Below are positions 39,154 to 51,331 of a DNA stretch of 64,000 nucleotides, piece by piece. Position 1 is the stretch's first letter, and each line of letters begins with the position of its first letter. The position numbers and the translations under genes were made by a program. Origin of the DNA: Octopus sinensis (lineage: Eukaryota); contig NC_043026.1 of the NCBI RefSeq assembly GCF_006345805.1, positions 9,734,001-9,798,000 of the forward strand. The letters run 5' to 3'. The notes under the pieces are model-generated. The model was not told where the DNA came from. It made no database searches and saw only the letters and a list, made by a program, of their open reading frames with translations.

Positions 39154-39902
39154 GGCGATCTTTCGTCTCTAGTAGACCTTTCCGTCGATTTCCGTAAAAA
39201 AAATTTTTTTTTTTTACATATGGGCTTGCGGGAACTTTTGAAGTAATGAGAGCGAAAGAGACTAAGAGAAAGCGATTGTATGACGAGGGAAGTTCTTTTG
39301 AAGTTACCGTGCATGTGAAGCATTGATGTACATGTGTGTGTGTGTGTGTTTGATGGGGTGTGGGAGACAGACAGTATGTTGTGTAAGTGAAGTGCTTCTG
39401 TTAGTGTGTGTGAAGAGACAGAGTAATGTGTGAAAGAAAGAGATAACTGAAATTTTTTACTCGGTGTATGTGTATATGTATGTATATTACTTTAAAAGTT
39501 CCCGCAAGTCCATATGTAAAAAAAAAATTTTTTTTTTTTACATATGGGCTTGCGGGAACTTTTGAAGTAATGAGAGCGAAAGAGACTAAGAGAAAGCGAT
39601 TGTATGACGAGGGAAGTTCTTTTGAAGTTACCGTGCATGTGAAGCATTGATGTACATGTGTGTGTGTGTGTGTTTGATGGGGTGTGGGAGACAGACAGTA
39701 TGTTGTGTAAGTGAAGTGCTTCTGTTAGTGTGTGTGAAGAGACAGAGTAATGTGTGAAAGAAAGAGATAACTGAAATTTTTTACTCGGTGTATGTGTATA
39801 TGTATGTATATTACTTTAAAAGTTCCCGCAAGTCCATATGTAAAAAAAAAATTTTTTTTTACGGAAATCGACGGAAAGGTCTACTTGAGACGAAAGATCG
39901 CC
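39154..39902. mobile_element. Merlin-like MITE with internally duplicated body and 8-bp TSD
   Basis: TSD gatgattt at 39146-53 and 39903-10; termini GGCGATC / GATCGCC; body present twice, joined at an (A)n(T)n tract. Confidence 0.9.
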
Positions 39903-40019
39903 GATGATTTTAACGTCTACGTTTCGATGGGGCAAGGGTTAGAGGTGTCTATTGTCAGCTGATATTCCTGGTGCCAACAGTTGCATATTCAAGTGAGCTT
40001 ACAAGAGTTGAGCAAGGAG

Positions 40020-40700
40020 AGTTTTGTCATCATGACAGTTCTGTCTAACGAAATGTTCCTTTACAGGATATAATTTACTGTTAGCACGGACCATCGGTCA
40101 CTGCTTTCCTTCAATAACGAACCAATATGTAATGGTTCGGATTAACAATCACCAATACACTTACAAGGATATGACTTTGTTGTTAATTATGAGCCTGAGG
40201 TGTTCCAATACCCGTGACTGCCAAAGCCACCACCCATTACCCCTCACCAACTTCTCGGATAGAGATAAGGAGGAATTTCGAATTGAGGATGGTAGTGAAT
40301 ACTATATCAACACCATCATTGCTAATGACCTACCAGATGGGTTCGTGCTTGCAATGCTAAAAAGGGGGCATTAATAATGATGAAACCTAGCTACGATATA
40401 CTAAATGGTACCCTTTCAGAAAGGCCAGCAGAACAACTCTTTAGACACATTTCTCTTTTTTCAGAATTGGCAACTACTAAATCATTAATCATCAGAGATA
40501 CTCATATTGTTACACCTACGAAGCTACAAGCTAAATTATTGCTCTATACTCCTTCACAGATAGGGAGTTATGTCCCATGTACGACTAAGTTTACTGCTTG
40601 TGACAGGAACCAGCCATACACAGATCGTGCTCTCTTGGAATGCAAAGGAGACAGTTACTTGCCGTAATGTTCCCCATACTACATAATAACTCCAGACTTA
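40020..40700 (+). mobile_element. Ty3/Gypsy pol relic (RNase H end to integrase linker)
   Basis: Broken-frame FTVSTDHRSL, LQGYDFVVNY, ELATTKSLIIRDTHIVTPTKLQAKLL resemble TDHKPL / LQ.YDF.I.Y / RIVIP..L motifs. Confidence 0.6.
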
Positions 40701-40755
40701 CATAAATCTTGAAGTTTCATGTCACTAAATACTAATCTATATTAGGAAGTACATA

Positions 40756-41097
40756 AGGCGCAGGAGTGGCTGTGTGTTCTGGGTTCTGGGTTCAGTCCCA
40801 CTGCGTGGCACCTTGGGCAAGTGTCTTCTACTATAGCCTCAGGCCGACCAAAGCCTTATGAGTGGATTTGGTAGATGGAAACTGAAAGAAGCCTGTCGTA
40901 TATATGTATATATATGTATGTGTGTGTGTGTTTGTGTGTCTGTTTGTCCCCCTAGCATTGCTTGACAACCAATGCTGGTGTGTTTACGTCCCCGTCACTT
41001 AGCGGTTCGGCAAAAGAGACCGATGGAATAAGTACTGGGCTTACAAAGAATAAGTCCCGGGGTCGATTTGCTCGACTAAAGGCGGTGCTCCAGCATG
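40756..41097 (+). mobile_element. Family A SINE
   Basis: ggcgcaggagtggctgtgtg head with an internal deletion. Confidence 0.8.
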
Positions 41098-41601
41098 TAA
41101 AACAGTAAACAGCAAACAGTAATTCACTGGGGAAGGACTTTATATTATCTAAGCATCTGCCTGTCCTGTTTTCTAGCGAGAACGTAGTCAATTTGTCAAG
41201 TGTGTCCGCAAGATTCACAGATAATCAAACAGCCGGCAGGTTTCCCGAAGTTCAGTAATAGCATTTAGCGTCCGTTTTCTATACTGGCATGGGTTAGACG
41301 TTTTGACAGGGACTGCATCAGGATTCCATAATCTGTTTTTAGGTTTGTCTGGATGCTCTTCCTAATGTCAACAACTTTACAGAGTGTCCCGGGTGTTTTT
41401 TTACGTGACACCAGCATGAGAGGAGTTAGTGCTAACAAAACTAGCGTGGGATTGAGGAAAATCAGAATCCCTTCCAAAACATCTTTTCTCAATTTTATAA
41501 AGACAACTGTAATCTAAGCGAATGTAAACTTATATTAGCAACATTTATTTTTTTTTTAAATATAGTAATCTCGGATATATAATTATTTTTTTTATTCTGA
41601 T

Positions 41602-41963
41602 GGGGGAAGCACTCCGTCGGTTACGACGATGAGGGTTCCGGTTGATCTGACCAACGGAACAGCCTGCTCGTGAAATTAACGTGTAAGTGGCTGAGCACTC
41701 CACAGACACGTGCACCCTTAACGTAGTTCTCGGGGATATTCAATGTGACACAGAGAGTGACAAGACCGGCCCTTTGAAATACAGGTACAACAGAAACAGG
41801 AAGAAAGAGTGAGAAAGTTGTGGTGAAAGAGTACAGCAGGGATCACCACCATCCCCTGCCGGAGCCTCGTGGAGCTTTAGGTGTTTTCGCTCAATAAACA
41901 CTCACAACGCCTGGTCTGGGGATCAAAACCGCGAGTCCGCTGCCCTAGCCACTGGGCCTCCAC
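41602..41963 (-). mobile_element. Family C SINE
   Basis: TSD ttattctgat at 41592-601 and 41964-73. Confidence 0.85.
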
Positions 41964-42832
41964 TTATTCTGATACATAAAAGGTACACAGACGTTTGGCG
42001 GAGCTGGGCCACTAACAATGAAGTTTGTGTAATCATTAGCCATACTAAAGTGCCAGATGATGTCCATGAGGGCACTTAATTGTTCAATGCTGTAGCCTTG
42101 CTATCACCCACAGTAATGTGTTGGGTTGCTTCAGTAGGTTCCACTGAACCATGTCCTATGCAGCCCCCTGATGCATTTAGTGCTGGTTTTTTCCCGTTTT
42201 TTTTTTACTTCTCTTTGCTCGTTTGTTTTCCTTGGTTTTGGATTTGTATTTAAATGTGGATTATTTATGCTAAGTAGGCGTACCTTTTATGTATGAGAAG
42301 AGATTGGCTAAACTGGCAACATGACCATACCCAAATACAACAATTAAAAAAAAATATTCTTCAGAAGATTATAATGAATCAGTCTGTGGTGTGGGACACT
42401 ATATTTATGCCTCATGTTGTTCCTTTGTGATCTCTAACGTTTTGTATTAGAGATCATTCTTTATGTTCTTGTTCAACAACTTTCCTGTATCCATGTATAT
42501 GAAAAAGCCACAACTTATGCTATTGTTAACATATTTAATGAGTGAGATATTAAAAAGTTTATAAAGAATAAATATACAGAAAATTGGGGAAATAATATTC
42601 AAGAAACACTTATGTGTAGGGTTGCCTGGATGAGGGGTTTCAGTACAGAAGTCCCCCCCATCACAGGAAATGAAATGAGCATGGAGGTGGGGGTGGCCAA
42701 AAGAGTGTAAAAGGCAAAATAAAGAAAAAAAGGAATTTTTGGAAATACATTATTTTCAGTCATAATTTCCATTACATTAAACACAGGAATATCCAAAAGT
42801 GAAAGAAAAAAGAAACCCCAGAGCCATACAAA

Positions 42833-44164
42833 CTATCCTTTCTCTCCTGTATGAATACATTTGTGTTTAGTTAAGTGACTACTATTAGAGAAGGATTTTT
42901 CACAGACATCACAGTGATATGGCTTCTCTCCTGTATGAGTACGTTTGTGTGGAGTTAAGGAACTATTTTGAGAGAAGGATTTGCCACAGATGTCACAGTG
43001 ATATGGTTTCTCTCCTGTATGAATACGCTTGTGTTTAATTAAGTTACTATTTTGAGAGAATGATTTATTACAGATATCACAGCAGTGTGTTTTCTCTCCT
43101 GTGTGAGTACGTTTGTGTAAAGTCAATGCATGACTATCAGAGAATAATTTAGCACAGACATCACAATGATAGACCTCTCTTGCATGAGTACGTTTATGTG
43201 AAGTCAAGGTACTACTCTCAGAGAACAATTTATCACAGATATCACAGTGATATGGCTTCTCTCCTGTATGAATTCGTTTGTGTTTAGTTACATCACTACT
43301 GTTGGAGAATGATTTGCCACAGATATCACAGTGAAATGGCTTCTCACCTGTGTGAAAACGTTCATGTATAGTTAAATGACTATTTTGAGAGAATGATTTC
43401 CTACAGATATCACACTGATATGGCTTTTCTCCTGTATGAATACGCTTGTGTGTAATTAAGTGACCACTCTGGGAAAATGATGTACCACAGATATCACAGT
43501 GATATGGCTTCTCTCCAGTATGAATACGTTTATGTGCAGTTAAGTGACTACTTTTAGAAAATGATTTATCACAGAGATCACAATGATATGGTGTCTCCCC
43601 AGTATGAATACGTTTATGAGTATTTAAATTATTGCATTTAGAGAACGATTTACCACAGATATCGCAGTGATAAGGCTTCTCTCCTGTATGAACACGTTTG
43701 TGTACAACTAAGTCATTATTTTGAGAGAATGACTTACCACAGACATCACAATGATATGGTGTCTCCCCAGTGTGAATACGTTTGTGTGCAATTAATTTAT
43801 TACTTTGAGAAAAGGATTTACCACAGTTATCACAGCGATATGGCTTCTCTCCTGTATGAATACGTTTGTGTGTAGTTAAGCTACCACTCTGAGAGAATGA
43901 TTTACCACAGATATCACAATGATATGGCCTCTCTCCTGTATGAATACGTTTGTGTACAATTAAGTCAGTATTTTGAGAGAACGGTTTACCACAGATATCA
44001 CAGTGATAAGGCTTCTCTCCTGTATGAATACATTTGTGTGTAGTTAGGTTACTTTTCTGAGAGAAGGACTTTTTACAGACATCACAGTTATATGACAATT
44101 TTCCTATCTCTTGTATTATGTCTTTAGGAGAAGTCAATTCTTTAAGTTTCTCCCTCTTTTCCAT
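42833..44164 (-). CDS. Z8: C2H2 zinc-finger protein, 443 aa, 15 fingers
   Basis: ATG-initiated ORF with a 24-aa leader and one shortened linker (HAREVY). Confidence 0.93.
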   Translation of the reverse strand: MEKREKLKELTSPKDIIQEIGKLSYNCDVCKKSFSQKSNLTTHKCIHTGEKPYHCDICGKPFSQNTDLIVHKRIHTGERPYHCDICGKSFSQSGSLTTHKRIHTGEKPYRCDNCGKSFSQSNKLIAHKRIHTGETPYHCDVCGKSFSQNNDLVVHKRVHTGEKPYHCDICGKSFSKCNNLNTHKRIHTGETPYHCDLCDKSFSKSSHLTAHKRIHTGEKPYHCDICGTSFSQSGHLITHKRIHTGEKPYQCDICRKSFSQNSHLTIHERFHTGEKPFHCDICGKSFSNSSDVTKHKRIHTGEKPYHCDICDKLFSESSTLTSHKRTHAREVYHCDVCAKLFSDSHALTLHKRTHTGEKTHCCDICNKSFSQNSNLIKHKRIHTGEKPYHCDICGKSFSQNSSLTPHKRTHTGEKPYHCDVCEKSFSNSSHLTKHKCIHTGEKG

Positions 44165-45276
44165 TATGTCTTCTTCTCAAATCCCAATGTGCATATTTTT
44201 TCTTGTTTTTGTTCTTATATTTTATTCCATACAAATATTTCTACAGCTGTATTTCTGTCCAGGGTTGACTATGTCAAACAACTCTTTTGTAATTTTACTC
44301 AAGTTTAATCTGCGCACAAGCTCGTTTTGTTGACATTCTTGTCAGTGATGCACAGAAATTTTGCTAATAATCTCAGATCAGAACAAATACTGTAAACGAA
44401 TTCTACCACAGCTTTATAGAAACAATGTTATCGATCTGTTCAGTATAAAATTTTCCTTTAGTTTTTTGAAAGATAAATACCGAGGATATGGCTGTGTGAT
44501 TAGGGAGTTTGCTTCCTAGCTACATGGTTTCGGGTTCAGTCCCACTGCATGGCACTTTGGGTGGGTGTCTTCCACTATAGCCCCGAGCCGACAGGAGCTT
44601 TGTGATTGAATTCGGTAGGTGGAAGTTACTGCCGTGTGTGTATGTGTGCGTATAGCTGCTCAGTGCTTCTCCGAAAGAGAGAGAGGGTATCTTCTGTTAT
44701 CCAATGTCATCTGATATTCTGAAATAATAAAGAAACAACAGTGTAAGTTATAGAGGCTACTTAAAAAATGAAGATTCACCACTGGAAAAGTTACATTTCT
44801 ATTGAGATAAACTTTAGAAATAAGCATTTACCCGAACAACTGAACTTTTTAATGTATTAAAATTTACATCACAGAATCTTGTGTGTAGCTTACATGTTTG
44901 TAAACCACAGCTACACCTTCACATTGTGTAATATTATTTAGATTAAACTAGAAAATAGTGGACAATAACATTCTTCTTTCTCCAGACATATAATATGACA
45001 TTGTTGTTTGGCCTGAAGACAACTCTAACTGGGCAGAAATATGATTAAAGACACTCCATCCATGAACATCCTGTCTTTCTCTCTAGCATTGTATGTCTAG
45101 GAGTTCTTTTTTCCGCTGAATGAATTCCTGTGACATCCTAATATGCTACAAAACACTTTTTGGGGTCAGAAAAACGGAGTGGGGTGAGGTGAAAGCCTCG
45201 GAAATTTCACCCCCAACTCCACCCCTACTGATCTTTTCTGGGTTAGGATTAGGGAAATCCGTCCCGGATTCATACT

Positions 45277-45655
45277 CTCTCTTTTACTCGTTTCAGTCAT
45301 TTGACTGCGGCCATGCTGGAGCACCGCCTTTAGTCGAGCATTTCAACCCCGGGACTTATTCTTTTTGTAAGCCCAGTACTTATTCTATCGGTCTCTTTTT
45401 GCCGAACCGCTAAGTGACGGGGACGTAAACACACCAGCATCGGTTGTCAAGCAATGCTAGGGGGACAAACACACACAAACATGCACACATACACATATAT
45501 ACGACAGGCTTCTTTCAGTTTCCGTCTACCAAATCCACTCACAAGGCATTGGTCGGCCTGGGGCTATAGCAGAAGACACTTGCCCAAGATGCCACGCAGT
45601 GGTACTGAACCCGGAACCATGTGGTTGGCTAGCAAGCTACTTACCACACAGTCAC
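45277..45655 (-). mobile_element. Family A SINE, flanked by a ~40-bp inverted repeat (~45189-45229 / ~45710-45749)
   Basis: ggggtgaggtgaaagcctcggaaatttc versus gaaatttctgaggcttccacctcacccc. Confidence 0.75.
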
Positions 45656-46131
45656 TCATTTTTTTTTTTTTTTTTTTCTTAAGTGAAAATCGTGCTGGTG
45701 AAAAAATAATGGAGGTGGGGGAAATTTCTGAGGCTTCCACCTCACCCCCAGGGATTTGCAGCATATTAGGAGCTCAGGGTACTTGATTCCACGCAAAAAA
45801 ATCCGGGTTTTTTTTTTTTTTACGGGGTGAAAATCGTGAGGGTGTTACTCTGAAGGTAATTACTCTGAAAAATTACCCAAACCATAGTCATCCCTCATCA
45901 TTAGCTCGAAATAGCAGCCAAATATTGCCCAAATCATAGCTATCACTCAACCGTAACAAGAAATAGAGGTCAAATCACGTACAAATTATAGACATCTTTC
46001 TTCTATAGCTAGAAATAGCAGCCAAATCTCGCACAAATCATAGACATCTCTATTTCCTTAAAGGTAGAAGAGACAAAGAGTCGACAGGTAAAAGCCCAAA
46101 TAGTATTAAGACATGGAATATTTTCATCAAT

Positions 46132-46286
46132 ACTTACGTTATCGTTTTATAACGGATACTGTAGTTATAAGTGCTTGCTTTGTTATTATTATTATTAATA
46201 TATGTATTATATAAAAGTGTGGTAATTACGAGAAGTTAGAAGTACTTTGCCACAGAATATGGAAGTGCGTTTAATGCGCATGCGTA
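46132..46286 (-). promoter_or_regulatory. Z8 promoter / exon-1 module
   Basis: GGAAGT at 46261-66, TGCGCATGCGTA at 46275-86, donor GTAAGT at 46137-32. Confidence 0.65.
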
Positions 46287-46394
46287 CCTTTTATATAAAA
46301 TATTTTTTCGCGAAATCTTGTTATCTCCCTTTAACTTGCCACGCAAGAAACGGGTTTGCGCCGTGGTCTTTTCTTCTGTTACTTGTTTCAGCTA

Positions 46395-46775
46395 TTTAAA
46401 TAATAATGAAATTATTGTATACAGTGCTCAGGTGCACCACAACTTGTCAAAAGTGCATATAAAGTACATGCAGTAATGTAGAAATGTCTGGAAAGCGAAC
46501 AATGTATGAGTCAGATACATGCTTGTGTGTGTATGGAGGGAGAAAATCAAGTGTAGTGTTGGCGAATCTCAGGAAGCATGGAAGTTTTGAAGGATGCAGT
46601 GTTCCGACAACTAACAACTGATGCCGGCAGTTTGTTCCATGCTTCAGCAACTCTCAGCGTGAAAAAATGTTTCCTGGAGTCATGGGAGCTGTGCTGTTTT
46701 CTTACTTTGTAAATATGTCCACGGGTGTTAGATGGGTGGAGTTTGAAAAGGTGCTCAGAGTTATTTTGAATGCGG
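46395..46775 (-). mobile_element. CR1-group LINE 3' end (same family as 20846-21530)
   Basis: SNTRGHIYKVRKQHSSHDSRKHFFTLRVAEAWNKLP. Confidence 0.85.
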
Positions 46776-46939
46776 CTATGCTGGAGCACCGTCACATACT
46801 CACCTAGGGCTTACTTTTTTAAAGCCTAGTACTTATTCTATCGGTCTGTTTTGCCGAACTGCCGGTTTACGGGCACGTAAACACCAATGTCGGTTGTCAA
46901 GCGGTGATGGAGGGACAAACACATACACACATATAGATA

Positions 46940-47147
46940 TGTTTCTTTACTACCCACAAGGGGCTAAACACAGAGGGGACAAACGGATTAAGTCGATTAC
47001 ATCGACCTCAGTGCGTAACTGATACTTAATTTATCGACCCCGAAAGGGTGAATGGCAAAGTCGACCCCGGCGGAATTTGAACTCACAACGTAACGGCAGA
47101 CGAAATACGGCTACGTATTTCGCCCGGCGTGCTAAACTTTCTGCCAG
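46940..47147 (-). mobile_element. Family B SINE
   Basis: Reverse complement of the family B head and body. Confidence 0.8.
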
Positions 47148-47150
47148 ATA

Positions 47151-47502
47151 TCTATATATATAAAAGTTGACTACTCCCACATTTTGCGGTGCAGTTTAAC
47201 CAAAGTTCGGGTATCTTATAGTCGTGATTCATATCGAGCCCTTCTGGGTATTAGCGCGCGTCTACGATGAGTCTACGATTAAAAAGAAAAATTACCATCA
47301 TTTTTTCCATTTTAATGCATTTTTTCGCTATTATATAAGGAAAGTACCTCTCTAAAAATGTCTACGATGAGTCAACGATTTAAAAAAAAATTACCATCAT
47401 TTTTTATTCCATTTTTAATGCATTTTTTTGCTATAACTCTCTAAAAATGCTTATATAGTTATTTCCCTTACAAACCCGAGCAACGCCGGGCGATACTGCT
47501 AG
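47151..47502 (+). mobile_element. Non-autonomous Helitron
   Basis: A|TCtatatatataaaag 5' end; subterminal hairpin cccgagcaacgccggg; CTAG|T 3' end; second copy at 62064-62461. Confidence 0.85.
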
Positions 47503-47675
47503 TATATGTATATAAGACGGGCTTCTTTCACAAGGCTTTGGTGGGCCCGAGACTATAGAAGACATTTTCCCAAAGAGCCACGTAGTGAGACTGAACTCAG
47601 ATCTATGTGTTTGGGAAGCGAGCTTCTTACCACACAGCCACGCCTGCGCCTATATCTTTTATCATTTATCTACCA

Positions 47676-47748
47676 GCCGAAATAGCTCAGTTGGGAGAAC
47701 GTTAGACTGAAGATCTAAAGGTCCCTGGTTCAATCCCGGGTTTCGGCA
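47676..47748 (+). tRNA. trnF-GAA: tRNA-Phe (GAA), with a G24A D-stem mismatch
   Basis: 73 nt matching the canonical eukaryotic tRNA-Phe except A24 and A57; anticodon at 47709-11; T4 run ~18 nt downstream. Confidence 0.93.
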
Positions 47749-47771
47749 TCCTGTGGCTGGTCTACTTTTAA

Positions 47772-48345
47772 GAGGCGGCGAGATGGCAGAAACGTTAGCG
47801 CGCCGGGCGAAATGCTCAGCGGTATTTCGTCTGCCGTTACACTCTGAGTTCAAATTCCGTCGAGGGCGACTTTGCCTTTCATCCTTTCGGGGTCGATAAA
47901 TAAAGTACTAGTTACGCACTGGGGTCGATGTAATCAACTTAATACCTTTGTCTGTCCTTGTTTGTCCCTTCTATGTTTAGCCCCTTGTGGGTAATAAAGA
48001 AACAATTATGTTCTGAGTTCAAATTCTGCCGAGGTTGACTTTGCCGTTCATCCTTTCGGAGTCGATTAAATAAGTAGCAGTTACGAACTGGGGTCGATAT
48101 AATCAACTTAATCCGTTTATCTGTCCTTGTTTGTCCCCTCTATGTTTAGCCCCTTGTGGGTAGTAAAGAAATAGGTATTTCGTCTGTCATTACGTTCTAA
48201 GTTCAAATTCCGCCGAGGTCGACTTTGCCTTTCATCCTTTCGGGATCGATAAATAAAGTACTAGTTACGCACTGGGGTCGATGTAATCGACTTAATCCGT
48301 TTGTCTGTCCTTGTTTGGCCCCTTGTGGGCAGTAAAGAAATATAT
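47772..48345 (+). mobile_element. Family B SINE, head plus three bodies
   Basis: Bodies restart at ~48008 and ~48175. Confidence 0.85.
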
Positions 48346-48394
48346 ATCTTTTATCTTTTACTAGTTTCTTCCCGGGGCTGAGGTCATGCTGGAG

Positions 48395-49066
48395 CACCAC
48401 ATGTGGTTACTAGGTGTTGTTTCCGATATTATTTTTTGTTGAAGTAGCAAGTTGGACGGAGCTGCTCTTCTTTGTGTCTCCTGCCGCGATGTGGGTTCAT
48501 CTGGTATCTCTGATAGAAACCTATCCAGACATTCCTTGAAAACTTCCACATCAACACCATGTAGATCTCTAAGGTTGCCTGGCAAGATGTCGAGCAATTG
48601 CAGGCCCTTGAAACCCAGACTATTGCAATATGGTGGCTTTGTTTTAAATGGGGAAGACGGGATCTTTGGTATGATGCAGTGCCATCCAGTTCGAGGATTG
48701 GTATAGCTGTCAATTCTAAAAGTGGGAGCTAAACCCTCCAAGATTTCCCAAATATATATCACCGCATATATATTGTTGTTTGGCCTGAAGACAACTCTAA
48801 CTGGGCAGAAATATGATTAAAGACACTCCATCTATGAACATCCTGTCTTTCTCTCTAGCATTGTATGTCTAGGTTGCCTGGCAAGATGTCGAGCAATTGC
48901 AGGCCCTTGAAACCCAGACTATTGCAATATGGTGGCTTTATTTTAAATGGGGAAGACGGGATCTTTGGTATGATGCAGTGCCATCCAGTTCGAGGATTGG
49001 TATAGCTGTCAATTCTAAAAGTGGGAGCTAAACCCTCCAAGATTTCCCAAATATATATCACCGCAT
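48395..49066 (-). mobile_element. CR1/L2-group LINE 3' fragment, partly duplicated around a copy of Z8 5' sequence
   Basis: IYIWEILEGL...YCNSLGFKG...LP..LRDL...FKECLDRFLSEIPDEP...RAAPSNLL; ~48571-48767 is repeated at ~48870-49066. Confidence 0.75.
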
Positions 49067-49178
49067 TATCTCTCTCGTCTTCTCTCCAGGGAATAGAGAC
49101 TCAGCTCCTTTTAGCCGTGTGGTTAGAAGCTTGCTTCCCAACCACATGGTTCCAGGTTCACTTCCACTGTCTGGCACC

Positions 49179-49209
<31 letters not shown>

Positions 49210-49503
49210 CATACATACATACATACATACATACATACATACATGCATACATACATACATGCATACATACATGCATACAAACATGCATACAAACATACAT
49301 ACATACATAATATATACATGCATACATACATGCATACATATATACATACATACATACATGCATACATACATGCATACATACATACATGAATACATACATG
49401 CATACATACATACATGCATACATACATACATGCATGCATACATACATGCATGCATACATACATGCATACATACATACATACATGAATACATACATACATA
49501 CAT
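49179..49503. repeat. (ACAT)n / ATGC compound microsatellite inside a degenerate family A-like SINE
   Basis: Direct reading; SINE head at ~49095-49178 and body at ~49504-49630. Confidence 0.95.
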
Positions 49504-49834
49504 GTATCTGCGTGTTTGTCCCCACCACTATCACTTGGCAACCGATGTTGGTGTTTACCCCACCCCCACCGCCTGTAACCTGGAGGTTCGGCAAAAAGCA
49601 ACCGATAGAATAAGTGCTAGGCTTACAAAGAATAAAACCGTGGTGAAAACCAAGCTGGAAAAATTCAAGTCAAAACAGAGAAAATTCGACAGAGTCCAGA
49701 TCCGAAACTCTTTCTCCGTGTATTGACGTGTATGTGTTATTCACACGGCCAAACTGTCTTCTGCGGGTAAACCCCGGAGGTGCTATGTGGGTACGGACAC
49801 AATAAAACAAGATAACATAAATGAAAACATGAAA

Positions 49835-50001
49835 CAGGAGTGGCTGTGTGGTAAGTAGCTTGCTAACCAAACACATGGTTCCGGGTTCAGTCCCACTGCG
49901 TGGCATCTTGGGCAAGTGTCTTCTGCTATAGCCCCGGGCCGACCAATGCCTTGTGAGTGGGTTTGGTAGACGGAAACTGAAAGAAGCCTGTCGTATATAT
50001 G

Positions 50002-50079
<78 letters not shown>

Positions 50080-50282
50080 TTGTGTGTCTGCGTTTGTCCC
50101 CCTAGCATTGCTTGACAACCGATGCTGGTGTGTTTACGTTCCTTCACTAAGCGGTTCGGCAAAAGAGACCGATAGAATAAGTACTGGGCTTACAAAGAAT
50201 AAGTCCCGGGGGTCGATTTGCTCGACTAAAGGTGGTGCTCCAGCATGGCCGCAGTCAAATGACTGAAACAAGTAAAAGAGTA
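49835..50282 (+). mobile_element. Family A SINE with expanded (TA)n(TG)n
   Basis: Head, CORE-like segment and tail as in the other copies. Confidence 0.85.
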
Positions 50283-50343
50283 CACATGAAACATAAAGGG
50301 AGATAACAATCGTTAGCTTACTGAAAACATATAGTTCAACAAA

Positions 50344-50505
50344 TGCGCATGCGTACTTTAAAATTCTGATTCCATTTTGGCATCAAATTACATATGTCAG
50401 GTGCTTGAGTTTATGAATGCATTTATAATACACACTTGTAATATATTGTTCACCTACCAGGCTCGCTTGTAACAACACTGTCCTTTATAAAACATTTCCG
50501 TAAGT
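50344..50505 (+). promoter_or_regulatory. Z9 promoter / exon-1 module
   Basis: TGCGCATGCGTA at 50344-55; donor ccGTAAGT at 50500-05. Confidence 0.65.
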
Positions 50506-51331
50506 ATTAAACAACGAAAATATTCAGTCTTTTTACTTCTGTAGACGTTTCGGCTTTTGACGTGTCGACTCTTTGTTTCGCCTATCGTTTATTGATGAGA
50601 AGTGTCCGCGATTTGTGCTAGATTTAGGTACTATTTCTTGCTATGAAAGCGAGACGTCTATGCTTTGTGCGAGATTTAGCTGCTGTTTCTAGCTGTGGAA
50701 GAAAGAAGTCTCTGATTTGTACGAGAAAGAAAGACAGGATGTTCATGGTCAGAATGTCTTCAGTCTTACGTCTGCTCAATCACAGACGGCCTGGAACTAA
50801 ACTTGAATTTAAATGTCAAAAGAGAGAAGAATGTCATTGTCCATTATTCTGTTGTTTGATCTAAAAACTGTTACACAATTTGAAAGTGTAGCTGTGGTTT
50901 ACAAATTTGTAAGCTTCACACGATATTCTGTGATGTAAACTAACAAGTTCAGCTGTTGAGGTAAATTTTTATTTCTAAAGTTTACGTCTATAGAAATGAT
51001 GTAAATTTTCCACTGTTGAATCTGTATTTTTAAAGCAGCTTTTTATCTTAAACTGTTATTTTTTTTATTATTTCAGAATATCAGATGACAGTGGGATAAC
51101 ACAAGATATATCCTCAGTATTTATCATTTAAGACATTATAATAGAGAACAGATACATAATACTGTTTCTATAAACCTATGATAGAATTCAGGTAAAATAT
51201 TTGCTATGGCCTGAGATTATTGCTAAAATTTCCATACATATCTGACAGGAGTCTTGAGAAGATGCATTTGCATGCAAATTAAACTTGGATAAATATATAT
51301 ATATATATACAGTGATTTGAGGAGAAAAATA

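Noticed and set aside
49021-49726. Long His/Thr/Tyr/Met/Val/Cys-rich ORFs
   Set aside because: Translations of the (ACAT)n microsatellite; the same applies to the (TA)n ORFs at 63356-63791 and 49926-50266.
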